Below are positions 29,393-39,086 of a DNA stretch of 64,000 nucleotides, one piece after another; the stretch's first letter is position 1; the number at the start of each line of letters is the position of its first letter. The notes below the pieces were generated by a model that was not told the origin of the DNA, searched no databases, and was given only the letters and a program-made list of their open reading frames with translations. Source of the DNA: a virus; the IMG/VR virus record IMGVR_UViG_3300044638_007036, positions 18,096-82,095 of that record; one strand, written 5' to 3'. The translations under genes and the position numbers were made by a program.

Positions 29393-29561
29393 CTTTTATT
29401 GTTAGAAAGAATAATAGGAATATTGGAACTAAAGGTATCATGAAAACTATATAACTAAATTTTGTAAATGCTGGAATATCACCAGATGGCTCAGGTTCTA
29501 TAAAAGTTAGACAGAGAATTGCTATCGAACAAACAAAACATACTCCCATATACTCAAGCAT
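29376..29561 (-). CDS. Small two-TM membrane protein
   Basis: Two hydrophobic segments. Confidence 0.5.
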   Translation of the reverse strand: MLEYMGVCFVCSIAILCLTFIEPEPSGDIPAFTKFSYIVFMIPLVPIFLLFFLTIKVARDD

Positions 29562-29943
29562 TTCCTAAATCCTTTTTACAAGTAGGACATACCCAAAACT
29601 TAATACCTCCTGCTTGATTAACATACTTATTCTCATGTCTACAAATTACATTTGGTATATCTTGTTTTATTGTCGTCGTATTTTTTTTAATTGCATTGAA
29701 ATTTTTAAACTTTACTTTACCTCTATATACATTTCCACCTATTGAAAAATCATATACATAATGCGATGCATTTATCTCCTCTCCTCCATCAAGTCTTAAT
29801 TTTAATCTTTCGAATGAATCTAATATACCATGCTCATGTAGTAAATAGTATTCGTATAATTCCATGGCTGTAAGATTTACTACAGTACCATCTTCGTAAC
29901 GAAGTTCGTAGAATCTATCTATATCATCATAAGTCTCAAACAT
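29554..29943 (-). CDS. Hypothetical protein with C-terminal Zn ribbon
   Basis: CRH...CPTC; RBS GAGG. Confidence 0.6.
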   Translation of the reverse strand: MFETYDDIDRFYELRYEDGTVVNLTAMELYEYYLLHEHGILDSFERLKLRLDGGEEINASHYVYDFSIGGNVYRGKVKFKNFNAIKKNTTTIKQDIPNVICRHENKYVNQAGGIKFWVCPTCKKDLGNA

Positions 29944-30098
29944 TTGCTACCTCATTAAGAATGCTGTCGCAGTTATAACTAAAGCTCCTCCACATACTAA
30001 CATACTGTATTCCTTTTCTTCTTTAGTCTTTGCTAACCTTTGTAAGTTAGAACCTTTTAAAGCAATTAAGAATCCTATAATAGATAATATCGCCGCAG

Positions 30099-30377
30099 TC
30101 ATATCGATGCCCCGATTCTTCTAAGATGATCTAGTACTTGGTTTAACTTAACCTCATGCTCCTTTTCTGACAAGGCTGGAGTTAGTCCTGTAATGATGTC
30201 AATTAAAACATCTTCAGTCAATCTAAACTCTTCAGGTACGCTCAAGGTAATATCCACTTCGACGGTGCCTTCTTCTTTGTTTGCAAAGACCGTATAACTT
30301 TGTTTAGCATTTAAATCTTTGTCTATGAAATCAATGCTATCTCGTGTTAAGTAAACGGTTCTTGTAACTTTTCTCAT
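30099..30377 (-). CDS. Hypothetical protein
   Basis: RBS AGGAG. Confidence 0.65.
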   Translation of the reverse strand: MRKVTRTVYLTRDSIDFIDKDLNAKQSYTVFANKEEGTVEVDITLSVPEEFRLTEDVLIDIITGLTPALSEKEHEVKLNQVLDHLRRIGASI

Positions 30378-30461
30378 AACTACTCCTAAGATATATACAA
30401 TAAATACAGAATTAATATATCACCAATTGTCCCAGAAACCAAAGCTACTTTTAAATCTAAT

Positions 30462-30674
30462 TTAAATATGTGGTGTAAGATGAATATCATTTCCAGAATC
30501 CTCGTTTGTAATAAGTGTTAATATTCTATGCGTTGGAAACTTAAGTTCGAGATTAACCCGCTGTGCTTTTATGAGTATTAGAGTGCTTTCTTCAAGTGCT
30601 TTAAAGTACATCATACTCGAATACATTTTAGTCTTAGTTTTAACACACTGAGCTACAAACTTTACGCCAATCAT
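30462..30674 (-). CDS. Hypothetical protein
   Basis: ORF in operon orientation. Confidence 0.5.
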   Translation of the reverse strand: MIGVKFVAQCVKTKTKMYSSMMYFKALEESTLILIKAQRVNLELKFPTHRILTLITNEDSGNDIHLTPHI

Positions 30675-30675
30675 A

Positions 30676-30873
30676 CTAACCTACTATTTTAGATATTACT
30701 GCCGCAACTTCAGCTACGATTGAAGATAGGATATTTATTCCACCTTCTAAAACTTTAGCTACTACAATCAATGCTAACACAGAGCCTCCTAAATAAAAAG
30801 AGATTTGAAATAAAAACATTAATACTTCCATCATAATTACATCCTTGTTGTTAAAGACCAGATTCGTGCCCAC
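30676..30873 (-). CDS. Small membrane protein (start probably at an internal ATG)
   Basis: Hydrophobic segments. Confidence 0.45.
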   Translation of the reverse strand: MGTNLVFNNKDVIMMEVLMFLFQISFYLGGSVLALIVVAKVLEGGINILSSIVAEVAAVISKIVG

Positions 30874-31214
30874 TAATATAGTAGACAGTTTAAGTTAACT
30901 ACTTCTGTGACATACCTCATACCATTTTTAGTACACAGTTTTAGATGTTGTGTCATAGGCTCCAGTAATGTCACTCCCTTAGGTAATACTATTGCAATGG
31001 TATTACAAGTAGTCTGTTGTTTTCTTGAAACAGGATCGACTTGCCATGCTCGATTATGTTTCTTTGCTTTCTTTACTTCGATAAGTAATACCTTGCCATT
31101 CTTCATAGCTACAATGTCTACTCCATTAGACCTCTCATCTCGTTGTTCATCCAGAATAAATCCTGATTCTTTTAGTTGGCTTCTAACTTGTTTCTCTGCT
31201 TTATTCAGTTTCAT
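30873..31214 (-). CDS. Small PD-(D/E)XK nuclease (Hjc/resolvase-like)
   Basis: 'AEKQV...LKESGF', 'GVDIVAMK', 'LIEVK'. Confidence 0.75.
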   Translation of the reverse strand: MKLNKAEKQVRSQLKESGFILDEQRDERSNGVDIVAMKNGKVLLIEVKKAKKHNRAWQVDPVSRKQQTTCNTIAIVLPKGVTLLEPMTQHLKLCTKNGMRYVTEVVNLNCLLY

Positions 31215-31446
31215 TAGTACTCCTCTTAATTAATCTTATTAGTATATCCTGAGATACTGAGAACTTACAAAGCATTTCTTTTAGACAATGCTCTGTCACA
31301 TCTTCCCCCGTTTTGTGAGCCACGAATTTTACATTATACCCTGCATCAATAAGCTCTTTACATTCTTTAAGGTTAACATAACGGGAAGCATCTTGTGAAT
31401 ATAATTTTCTATTTTTATAATATGTTACAATAAAATCATTTCTCAT
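31201..31446 (-). CDS. PhaR-type (PHB accumulation regulator N-terminal) DNA-binding domain protein
   Basis: 'YYKNRKLYSQDASRYVNL...I..G..V.FV..KTGEDVT...L' matches PhaR 'KYPNRRLYDT..S.YITL...V...GEDLT'. Confidence 0.75.
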   Translation of the reverse strand: MRNDFIVTYYKNRKLYSQDASRYVNLKECKELIDAGYNVKFVAHKTGEDVTEHCLKEMLCKFSVSQDILIRLIKRSTNETE

Positions 31447-31727
31447 TTGATAATTTCTCCAATTTTTTTCTTGCCCATTTTAATAATAGTTTCCTTGTCC
31501 GTTCTATAAACCGCATACTCCATATTGTATGGTTGTTTATTAAGCCAGTAAATCATTCCATACATGGTTTCAAATCTAGGGGATGTCTTTCTTCTCCCAT
31601 GTAATACTAATCTTTTAGGTATCTGATATCTTATCATTGCTACGTATGCGGGCTTCTCAAACTTAATATCAGGAAGGGGAATTGTATTTATAATATCTTT
31701 TCCATAATCTCTATATTTCTTTTTCAT
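31443..31727 (-). CDS. Hypothetical basic protein
   Basis: RBS AGGAG; overlaps the next gene. Confidence 0.6.
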   Translation of the reverse strand: MKKKYRDYGKDIINTIPLPDIKFEKPAYVAMIRYQIPKRLVLHGRRKTSPRFETMYGMIYWLNKQPYNMEYAVYRTDKETIIKMGKKKIGEIIK

Positions 31728-31896
31728 TAAAACTTCTCCTTGTATTTTTCTATTTTACCTTTTGCTAACAGTGTAGTTCCTTCTTTTATGAAGAAAGAAG
31801 TTCCGATTTCTTTTGATCTTGCAAATACTAAAGCGTTTGTAAGTGTATCGAAAGAATGTTCAGTAACTATATCCATAAATTGTAAAGTAACTGTAA

Positions 31897-32727
31897 TCAT
31901 AGTGTTTCTCCACAGTTAAAACAATAATTCATTCCAAGAACTCCGTCTTGTCCACATGAAGGACAGCTACCATCCCATTCATCTTCCTCTTCGAATTCAA
32001 CTTCAGGCAGTTCGTAAGCAGAAGTTACAAGAGGTCTGTTAATAATTCCTTGTGACTCAGCTACTACCTTGAACTTACTTACTCGCATCTTAGTGCCGTT
32101 ATAATCAGTAGGCACAGCAACAACATCAGCAGGGTCAACCTCAACATCAAGTAGCTTATCATCTCCAGATCCAAACGATTGAGCGTAAGACATCGTGGCT
32201 ACGTGCAAGCCATGCGAACACACATTGTTTGGATTGTCGTCAACCTTACTACGATCAATAGACACAATGTTACCTACTGAGTTATCCATCTTGCCAGTAT
32301 GCTTGTCAAGGAAGTCATTACGAACTGCACGATATGCGATGAAGTTACCTTCGGAAGTAATAGGATGACCATTGTGTTCAAGAAATTTATACAACATCTG
32401 TCTACTATTAAAGCTCGGGTTAGTCTTTAACTTAGCCCAGAACTTTAGAAGCGGTTGGAAAGGAAGTCCATTGTTGTAGAAGTCTAACACTCTCTGCGAA
32501 AGAGAATCGGGCAGAGCGTCATCTTCAATGTGAACGACACCGTCCACAACAGTAAAGCCATTGTCAATAAGATTCTTAGTAATAGAAAGTAAAGGAATAA
32601 TCTCGTCAAGTTTTCCCTCCTTGATTTTATCTAGCACCTTGTCGTATCTACCATCTGCTCTATTAATTGTAGTCGTCGTGCCTTCGTGGTTAAGAATAAG
32701 ACTTTGAGGTAAAATGATATAGTTCAT
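31897..32727 (-). CDS. rIIB: rIIB-like protein
   Basis: 'LYKFL...PIT..GNFIAYRAV', 'VDDNPNNVCSHGLHV', 'VDPADVVAVPTDYNGTKMRV'; ATG 32727 with GGAG RBS. Confidence 0.9.
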   Translation of the reverse strand: MNYIILPQSLILNHEGTTTTINRADGRYDKVLDKIKEGKLDEIIPLLSITKNLIDNGFTVVDGVVHIEDDALPDSLSQRVLDFYNNGLPFQPLLKFWAKLKTNPSFNSRQMLYKFLEHNGHPITSEGNFIAYRAVRNDFLDKHTGKMDNSVGNIVSIDRSKVDDNPNNVCSHGLHVATMSYAQSFGSGDDKLLDVEVDPADVVAVPTDYNGTKMRVSKFKVVAESQGIINRPLVTSAYELPEVEFEEEDEWDGSCPSCGQDGVLGMNYCFNCGETL

Positions 32728-32728
32728 A

Positions 32729-32881
32729 CTAAGCTCCCATATATACGAGTTGATCATATACTTTATTGAGTGTTGTAATCATTTGTTCCACTTCTTGTTG
32801 TTGATCAAAGCAATCACTGTCTTGTTTGTAACGATATAACTCTTCAATGACACTTCCTAGTTCTAAAAGTAAGTCATTCAT
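32729..32881 (-). CDS. 50-aa helical protein between rIIA and rIIB (not in the ORF track)
   Basis: Manual translation MNDLLLELGSVIEELYRYKQ...YMGA; ATGA overlap with the rIIA stop; RBS AGGAGG. Confidence 0.65.
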   Translation of the reverse strand: MNDLLLELGSVIEELYRYKQDSDCFDQQQEVEQMITTLNKVYDQLVYMGA

Positions 32882-34740
32882 ACATCCTCCTTAGATTGTT
32901 TATTAATTTCATCCACAACAATTTGTATTGAATTACTGTGATGATAACTTATACTGTCAAGAGCTTTAATTAAAGGATACTTCTTAAGTAGCTTTTCATA
33001 CTTACTCTCGATATTCTTTACTTCATCTTTAAGATCAGGAAACTCTTTCAATAAATAAACTTGAAGACTTGCTGAAGTTTTTCTCCTATTAAATTTTTTA
33101 AGAACATTTATTTTTTCCCAACTATTAGGGAGGTTACTCAATCCTAACGCATCTTGTTTATTTTTAGATAGTAGGTATTTTTTTCCTTGCTCTAGTGTCA
33201 TGCCTTTCTTAAGTACTAAGTCTTTATTACACTTAGGAATATTAAATACTGGAATAAACTCAGCAAGAGCCTTAGACTCTGGAGTAATATCATCAACAAA
33301 TACTACAGGGTAAACACTGCTGTTTAATTTTTCTATTGTCCATTGACTACGAACACCTGATTCATTTATGTTCCAACACACTGCATCTCTTGTACTCTTT
33401 TGTGTACGTTGAGCAGACTTCTTAGGAGGTAATGGCAAAGCATCTGCATCCATTCTATTAGTGAATAGAATATCTTGGAATGGAATGTTAGCAATATCAT
33501 TTGCATTAACTAATACTTTATCTCTGTTTGATTCAAGATAATGATTAAGTTTACGTGCAAGGTTACTGCTGTTATCAGTACTTGAGAATACAGTAGCGGT
33601 TAAGTCAATTCCAGTAGAACCAGTTACCTCATTATGAGTAGAACCTCTGCGTCCTCTTCTTACGTATCTATACGATACAGGGGTTGGACAAATTACAGTC
33701 TTACCAGACAATCTAAAGTTACTACCTAAGTCTAAATCAATTCGTGAAATTTGACTGAAGCATGAATATGTTTTCTTACTCTCAAGTCTATCCTTAAGAT
33801 TCTTATGAGTGTTGTTTATATCATTGATAATAATAGTTGAAATCGCATCACGACAATTATCTAACATCTTAGTTTGTTTAATTTTATTATCGTCATTGTT
33901 CTCAAGACGTTCTCTTGATGAAGCAATCTTGAAGTGACCATTGGCGACATTCAAAGTCACAGTGTTACCGCCAGCGTGTAGATTATTTTCTTTTCTTTGC
34001 CAGTAAGAGACTCCCTGTTCCTCCATCAAGTCATACTCGATACCATCAATCAAATAAATTGTACGAGCAGGGTAAGACTCTGCATACACCGCCATATTGC
34101 CGAGCGTCAAAGTCGGCTTAAGTTGGAAGATGTCTTTACTTCCATGAAACTTAATAGGCTCTGCCCAGAATTTAACGCATCTTTGAACTGCTTCTCTAAA
34201 CTCTGCAATATCTTTAGGCTTAACACCAATACTAATTTCAACACCATTCGGTTGAGTCGTATTATTCTGAGAGATAAGATTAACTCCACCCTCATCACCA
34301 AGGTGAGCAACATACAAGTAACGTACACCATTATAAAATGATGTCACTGTAAAGCTGTCAGTGTAAGAGAAAGCAGACTTAGCACCAATACCGAAGCCTC
34401 CTGTCTGAGTATTAGTGTTACGTTTAGTTGATGAACCATAGTTGACAAAGATATTTGCCATTCTATCAGGTGAGATACCTACTCCGAAGTCACGCACTTT
34501 GAACACTGGATCAAGTGAGTTAGGTACAGTGATTTCGATAGGCAATTTAGCCCAAGTTCCTGCCTCTCGCATAGCATCCCGACCATTACAGATATACTCT
34601 TGCACAAGTGTTCTAATCGGGTAAGCATATAGCTTACTCAAGATGTCAACCACTAGTCGAACATCGGAGATGCCGAAGTTCAGAGCCTTACTTGGTTCGA
34701 CGTTTGAATCAATCTTGACTGCGTTGTTATTTATAATCAT
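32878..34740 (-). CDS. rIIA: rIIA-like protein (GHKL/Hsp90-type ATPase N-domain)
   Basis: 'QEYICNGRDA', 'VRDFGVGIS', 'YGSSTKR', 'GGFGIGAKSAFSYTD'. Confidence 0.9.
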   Translation of the reverse strand: MIINNNAVKIDSNVEPSKALNFGISDVRLVVDILSKLYAYPIRTLVQEYICNGRDAMREAGTWAKLPIEITVPNSLDPVFKVRDFGVGISPDRMANIFVNYGSSTKRNTNTQTGGFGIGAKSAFSYTDSFTVTSFYNGVRYLYVAHLGDEGGVNLISQNNTTQPNGVEISIGVKPKDIAEFREAVQRCVKFWAEPIKFHGSKDIFQLKPTLTLGNMAVYAESYPARTIYLIDGIEYDLMEEQGVSYWQRKENNLHAGGNTVTLNVANGHFKIASSRERLENNDDNKIKQTKMLDNCRDAISTIIINDINNTHKNLKDRLESKKTYSCFSQISRIDLDLGSNFRLSGKTVICPTPVSYRYVRRGRRGSTHNEVTGSTGIDLTATVFSSTDNSSNLARKLNHYLESNRDKVLVNANDIANIPFQDILFTNRMDADALPLPPKKSAQRTQKSTRDAVCWNINESGVRSQWTIEKLNSSVYPVVFVDDITPESKALAEFIPVFNIPKCNKDLVLKKGMTLEQGKKYLLSKNKQDALGLSNLPNSWEKINVLKKFNRRKTSASLQVYLLKEFPDLKDEVKNIESKYEKLLKKYPLIKALDSISYHHSNSIQIVVDEINKQSKEDV

Positions 34741-34915
34741 AAGTCCTCCTAAAAATCTGATGGAATATTAATATCAATTCTATCTGCAATATTTAAATCA
34801 ATCATATCATCTGTTAGTTCAGTAATAGTACTGTTGTATAAAAATATCGGTAAAGTTTTGTCTGGTAAATCATTCAGTAAGTTTATTAAATCCTGCACTG
34901 TCATAAGTCCTCCTA

Positions 34916-35107
34916 TTACCATTGATCTTCAAAGACAGCTCCGTCTTCTCTGTAAATTTCATTATTATCATTTAAGATTTCAATTATTTCATAAAAGGAT
35001 AAGTCGTTCTCATCGTGAGTTTCTACCCACCCCAAAGCATAATCATAGACAGCTTTTATCTTTGCTAGTTCACTTAACTCTTTGAATCTTAATTCTTTTT
35101 TTTTCAC
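34916..35107 (-). CDS. Hypothetical early protein
   Basis: GTGA overlap with the upstream gene. Confidence 0.55.
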   Translation of the reverse strand: MKKKELRFKELSELAKIKAVYDYALGWVETHDENDLSFYEIIEILNDNNEIYREDGAVFEDQW

Positions 35108-35316
35108 TGTTGCTTACCCTCTTGATATAGTTTGGATTCAACCAATGCCAAGTCCTTCTCATATTGCAACCACATCCTTACTTCACTCGGTTGCCAATCT
35201 GATTCATTGAATAAGTCAATAACCTTAGCTAAAGTGTGCATCCTTTCTGTTAGTTTCTCAATAGCTTGAGCGTCACTATCGACGCTCAAGCCACCGTTAA
35301 TTAATCTGAATTTCAT
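35104..35316 (-). CDS. Hypothetical early protein
   Basis: TAATG coupling. Confidence 0.6.
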   Translation of the reverse strand: MKFRLINGGLSVDSDAQAIEKLTERMHTLAKVIDLFNESDWQPSEVRMWLQYEKDLALVESKLYQEGKQQ

Positions 35317-36062
35317 TATGCCACCTTTTGTTCAGCAAGATCCCAGAGCATTGTATTAATCTCAGTTTGACTGATAAGACTATTTACTTTACGAATTGCC
35401 TTATCTTTACACTTACCCTCTTGTTCAACCAGAACTCTTGCACCGCCCCTGATTAAGTTCTCCTGCACTACATTCATTACAGTAAATAGATCGGTTGCCT
35501 CGTCTTCTCTGCGATGTACAGGCATTGAGAAGGAATGAATGATACTATCATTACCTAGTCGATTTTGTAAAGCTTCACGTTGAAAGGCAATAACTTCCGC
35601 TTGAGTAAGTACAGTTGCTTTCATCTTATCAATTGACTCAGTTAGTTTACTAGCTTGAGCAACGATATGGTTGATAGCTACGATCAAACGTTGATCGAAG
35701 TCATTACCCGAGTGTCGCACTCTTACAGGTTGGATAAGGTTATCACCAACAACCAAACCATTTGAACAAACAAACCTAAAGAAACCAATTTGAAGCGTTA
35801 CTGAACTGCTACCATCATGTGAATTTGTCAATAGTAATTGAGGAACTCCATCGGATGTTGCCTTCATTAATGGACTAGTGAAGATCACTCTATGTTTCTG
35901 GAAGCCTTGTCGTTCTTTCTTTCGAACCTTCATAGCCACAAATTTATCCATGGTAAAGCCTAGTCCTTGGATACGCATCACAATATCTGAAGTCTTAGCA
36001 AGCTTATATTTGTCGCTAAGTGTTGGAAGTTTCTGGTCAAGAGTGTTAATTTCTGTTGTCAT
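35316..36062 (-). CDS. DUF932-family protein
   Basis: 'LLLTNSHDGSSS...GFFRFVCSNGLVVG', 'VVQENLIRGG'; ATG 36062 with AAGGA RBS. Confidence 0.85.
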   Translation of the reverse strand: MTTEINTLDQKLPTLSDKYKLAKTSDIVMRIQGLGFTMDKFVAMKVRKKERQGFQKHRVIFTSPLMKATSDGVPQLLLTNSHDGSSSVTLQIGFFRFVCSNGLVVGDNLIQPVRVRHSGNDFDQRLIVAINHIVAQASKLTESIDKMKATVLTQAEVIAFQREALQNRLGNDSIIHSFSMPVHRREDEATDLFTVMNVVQENLIRGGARVLVEQEGKCKDKAIRKVNSLISQTEINTMLWDLAEQKVA

Positions 36063-36142
36063 GTTGTGTCCTTTTGTTTGAAGCGTCATGCTTCGATTAA
36101 TTAAATTGTAATTCAGTTTTGTGTTAAGATGAAGTGGGTAAA

Positions 36143-36406
36143 TTATTCCACTTCGTACTTAATGCCTTCAAAAGTTATTGACTTCAAAGTGTTGACGTTA
36201 ATAGTCCGGTACTCTTCAGATTGTAGATCGAAAACAGTCAGGTAGTTCAGTGCCTCGGCATCATACCCTAGCTCACCACCTTTGAGATATTTCTTGACTC
36301 CCAAACGGCATGTCATCTTTCGAAGGCTACCATCTTTTTTAGTAAACTCCACCGAAAATATTTTACTTCCGACAAGTTCTCTTAATTGTTTTACTTCAGT
36401 TTTCAT
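36143..36406 (-). CDS. Small SH3/WYL-like beta-barrel phage protein
   Basis: 'FSVEFTKKDGSLRKMTCR', 'VFDL...YRTI'. Confidence 0.7.
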   Translation of the reverse strand: MKTEVKQLRELVGSKIFSVEFTKKDGSLRKMTCRLGVKKYLKGGELGYDAEALNYLTVFDLQSEEYRTINVNTLKSITFEGIKYEVE

Positions 36407-36420
36407 GTTGTCTCCTATTG

Positions 36421-36999
36421 TTAGTGGGCAATTAATCCAATCTTAGGATTGTTGCCTATTGCTATTAAATCATTTTCAGAGGCGTTCGCATAGCCCGAGG
36501 CAATTAATTCCGCCTCGCTCTTAAATATTCTAGCGTGTCGATCAGTATCAGCATTGATAAGGTCGTCACGTTTGCCACCTTCAGATTTAATCAGAGTAAA
36601 GTTGGCAGGTAATTTGATACCATCAAGTAAAGGTAGACTCTTTGAGTAAGCATAGAACTTTACATGAGGCATTGAGTCCATTACCTTAAACCATTTGTGA
36701 AGGTATTCCCGACTGTAGAAGTCACCAGAATCATGGATGCGGATAACATCCGCTTTACGTCGAGTAATCTCATCGATCATTACTTGAGGAAAGTTATCTT
36801 GTTTCGTTGCCTCAAGTCTACGTTCAAATGCGGGCTTGACGTTTGACCAAATGTATGCACCTTTTGAAGCATAGCAATACTTTTTACAATCACCTGCCCA
36901 TATACAAGTATCTTGAGCAGGAATACCGAAGTTAAATACTCGAAGTCCTGTTGCTTTACTTGTTGATTTTAGTTTACTATTCTGCGTCAAAAGTTCCAC
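36421..36999 (-). CDS. GP88-like (radical-SAM-related) protein
   Basis: 'NSKL', 'TC....DC...CYASKG', 'IRIHDSGDFYS', 'FYAYSKS'; GTG 36999 with GGAGG RBS. Confidence 0.75.
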   Translation of the reverse strand: MELLTQNSKLKSTSKATGLRVFNFGIPAQDTCIWAGDCKKYCYASKGAYIWSNVKPAFERRLEATKQDNFPQVMIDEITRRKADVIRIHDSGDFYSREYLHKWFKVMDSMPHVKFYAYSKSLPLLDGIKLPANFTLIKSEGGKRDDLINADTDRHARIFKSEAELIASGYANASENDLIAIGNNPKIGLIAH

Positions 37000-37168
37000 G
37001 TTCCCTCCTATTATTTTCATCGTCCAATCGTACGAGCTCGTCGTATAATTCATTAAAAAATCCGTTCTTAGAAAGCAGATATAATACCTCGTCGCCAAAC
37101 TTATTAGTATCAATATCTAGGTAACTGAAATTACGTTCTATTAATTGTTCGGCAATCTTTTTTACCAT
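36977..37168 (-). CDS. Hypothetical acidic early protein
   Basis: RBS AGGAG. Confidence 0.6.
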   Translation of the reverse strand: MVKKIAEQLIERNFSYLDIDTNKFGDEVLYLLSKNGFFNELYDELVRLDDENNRRERGTFDAE

Positions 37169-37183
37169 AACATTCTCCTATAA

Positions 37184-37519
37184 TCATTCTATTGCAACGA
37201 TACCAGATGCGTCAATCGTGGCAATCTTTGCCGTTTTAATACTAGACTCGTCATCTTTCCTGACAAAACTAGTAAACTTGTAAGGATTGTATGTCACTTT
37301 AGTTGACTTACCTAGTAAACTTACATCACCAATCCAAATACCTGAACATCCTGCATGGACATTCTTAGACTTCTCTCGTCGGACTTTGGCATTACCTGCC
37401 TTTCCCACTAAGAATCTCACGTTTGCTAAACTGATTGACTCAACATGAGCAATCACTTTTCCCTTGTGTCGAACCGAGTAACCGCCTCGGTGAATGTTTC
37501 TATAAACATATACTCTCAT
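37184..37519 (-). CDS. Hypothetical phage protein
   Basis: 'VYVYRNIH..YSVR', 'KNVHA', 'VTYNPYK'. Confidence 0.7.
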   Translation of the reverse strand: MRVYVYRNIHRGGYSVRHKGKVIAHVESISLANVRFLVGKAGNAKVRREKSKNVHAGCSGIWIGDVSLLGKSTKVTYNPYKFTSFVRKDDESSIKTAKIATIDASGIVAIE

Positions 37520-37679
37520 AGTTGACTTCCTTTATTGGACTTGTGTTAACACTCTCTCTACATTCGAATCTCTTAAGAATTGATGAAAGAAATACCTTAA
37601 CATCATTTCATTTTTTACGAAGTGTTCGTGGGTAAATGTTGCCCCACTTTTATACTTGACATGGAAAGTTAACATCATA

Positions 37680-37907
37680 CTATTCCCCTTTTACAATCGA
37701 GTTGATAAGACTTGTATGACTTGCCAATCTTGCACCCACTTGATGATCCTCTTCTATCTTGTACCCTAGTTCAAGGATACTGCTCAATTGATTATCGCTG
37801 AAAGTCTTAACACCAAGCAAGCGGGCAAACTTTTCCGCTAGGTGACAAGACGGATACACTAGTTCTCTACCATAGACATTCTTAGTTTTCACATAGATAG
37901 TTTTCAT
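37680..37907 (-). CDS. Hypothetical early protein
   Basis: RBS GGAGG; 'KNVYGRELVYP...FARLLGVKT'. Confidence 0.7.
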   Translation of the reverse strand: MKTIYVKTKNVYGRELVYPSCHLAEKFARLLGVKTFSDNQLSSILELGYKIEEDHQVGARLASHTSLINSIVKGE

Positions 37908-38059
37908 TTAGTACCTCCATGATACTGCACTAATAAATCATAGTGTTTCTTAATCCACAAAGCCACTTCAGGATCTGTCAGTTCTTTCCCCTCTTGAGCG
38001 AGGATAGAAAGAATGTTAAGACATGAGACTAGTTCCCTAGCAATCTCTTTTTTATCCAT
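37904..38059 (-). CDS. First early ORF, 51 aa (not in the ORF track)
   Basis: Manual translation MDKKEIARELVSCL...; RBS GGAGG; ATGA overlap with the next gene. Confidence 0.65.
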   Translation of the reverse strand: MDKKEIARELVSCLNILSILAQEGKELTDPEVALWIKKHYDLLVQYHGGTK

Positions 38060-38728
38060 AATCCCTCCCTATGCATTTCGGGCATTGTACCCAAAACTGT
38101 AACCTGTTAAATTTACTGAATAACTTGAACGCTATTTAGTAACTTTAACAAGTATAATTATAATCGTACCTAATCGAACTTTAATACAGTAAGAAAAAAG
38201 AACACTGTACTGGAAACAATCGTATCTATAGCTTTACCAAAAGTAAAGCGTAGGTAAAAAATACCTACTCAGAACTACATAAAACTATATCACTAAAGTA
38301 TTAGGAAAATACTCAAGTTATACCCGATTCCTCCAGTACAGTACTCAGTCAATCACTCAATAGTATACTGTTATTGTTTATCCTCGCATCTCCTATAGTA
38401 TAGTCTGGACGTTTTACCTTGACGCATCTTGTTATACTTCGTTGCATCAATTCTAAGGGCAGTCATATCCGAGTTAATTCTCGTCTCACCATACCCATAC
38501 AATCCACTATAGTCCTTCGAGTGTCTTAATCTCAGTTCGTACTATTCAGTACTTAGAAGATATACCTATCTTCAGAGACTATACCACACTGCGTCAAAGC
38601 GTTCAGTCTTGCTTAAGACCATTACACTATTCAGTGTGTTGACCTATTTGGTCGAGCATCGTTCGTGGACTATAACCACGACACCTTCTTTTACAATACT
38701 TTGAGACTCGTTGCCTTGTCTCTCTTTA

Positions 38729-39086
38729 ATCTTATCTCGGTTAATCTGAACAATCAAGCTAGGTATTTTTTGCCTATCGTCTCGCTGTTCGTCTTATCCT
38801 TTTGTTGCCCTCGGCATTATTGCCTCGGTACAATCATCTTACCACAATGGTTATAGGTTACAAGCCTAGGCAAACTTTGCCGATACCACCAAACTAAAAT
38901 AGTCAAGTGTTGCATTATATTATAAGGACAGAGAGATCTATACTAAACTAAAATGGTTGTCAAGTATAGGCAAATTATTCCAGTATGGTTTAGTCAAGTA
39001 AACTGGATTGGTCAAGTATTAGGTTTGGGGAATCCTCTATTGTCTCATAGAAAAGAATCGCTGTCAACCCCTAGGCAAATTCTGCC
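38729..39086 (-). promoter_or_regulatory. Four tandem sigma70-type promoters, each with an upstream GGCA-N5-TGCC-type palindrome
   Basis: TTGACA-17-GACAAT, TTGACA-17-TAGATC, TTGTAA-16-TAAGAT, TTGATT-17-TAAGAT; palindromes at 39074, 38969, 38869, 38762. Confidence 0.7.

Noticed and set aside
38665-38856. 63-aa + strand ORF in the non-coding region
   Set aside because: GTG start without RBS, overlaps the promoter array in the opposite direction, no motif
38762-39086. GGCA...TGC boxes as sigma54 promoters or a CRISPR array
   Set aside because: GG-to-GC spacing is 8 nt, not the 10 nt of sigma54; repeats are short, degenerate and ~100 bp apart, unlike CRISPR repeat-spacer units
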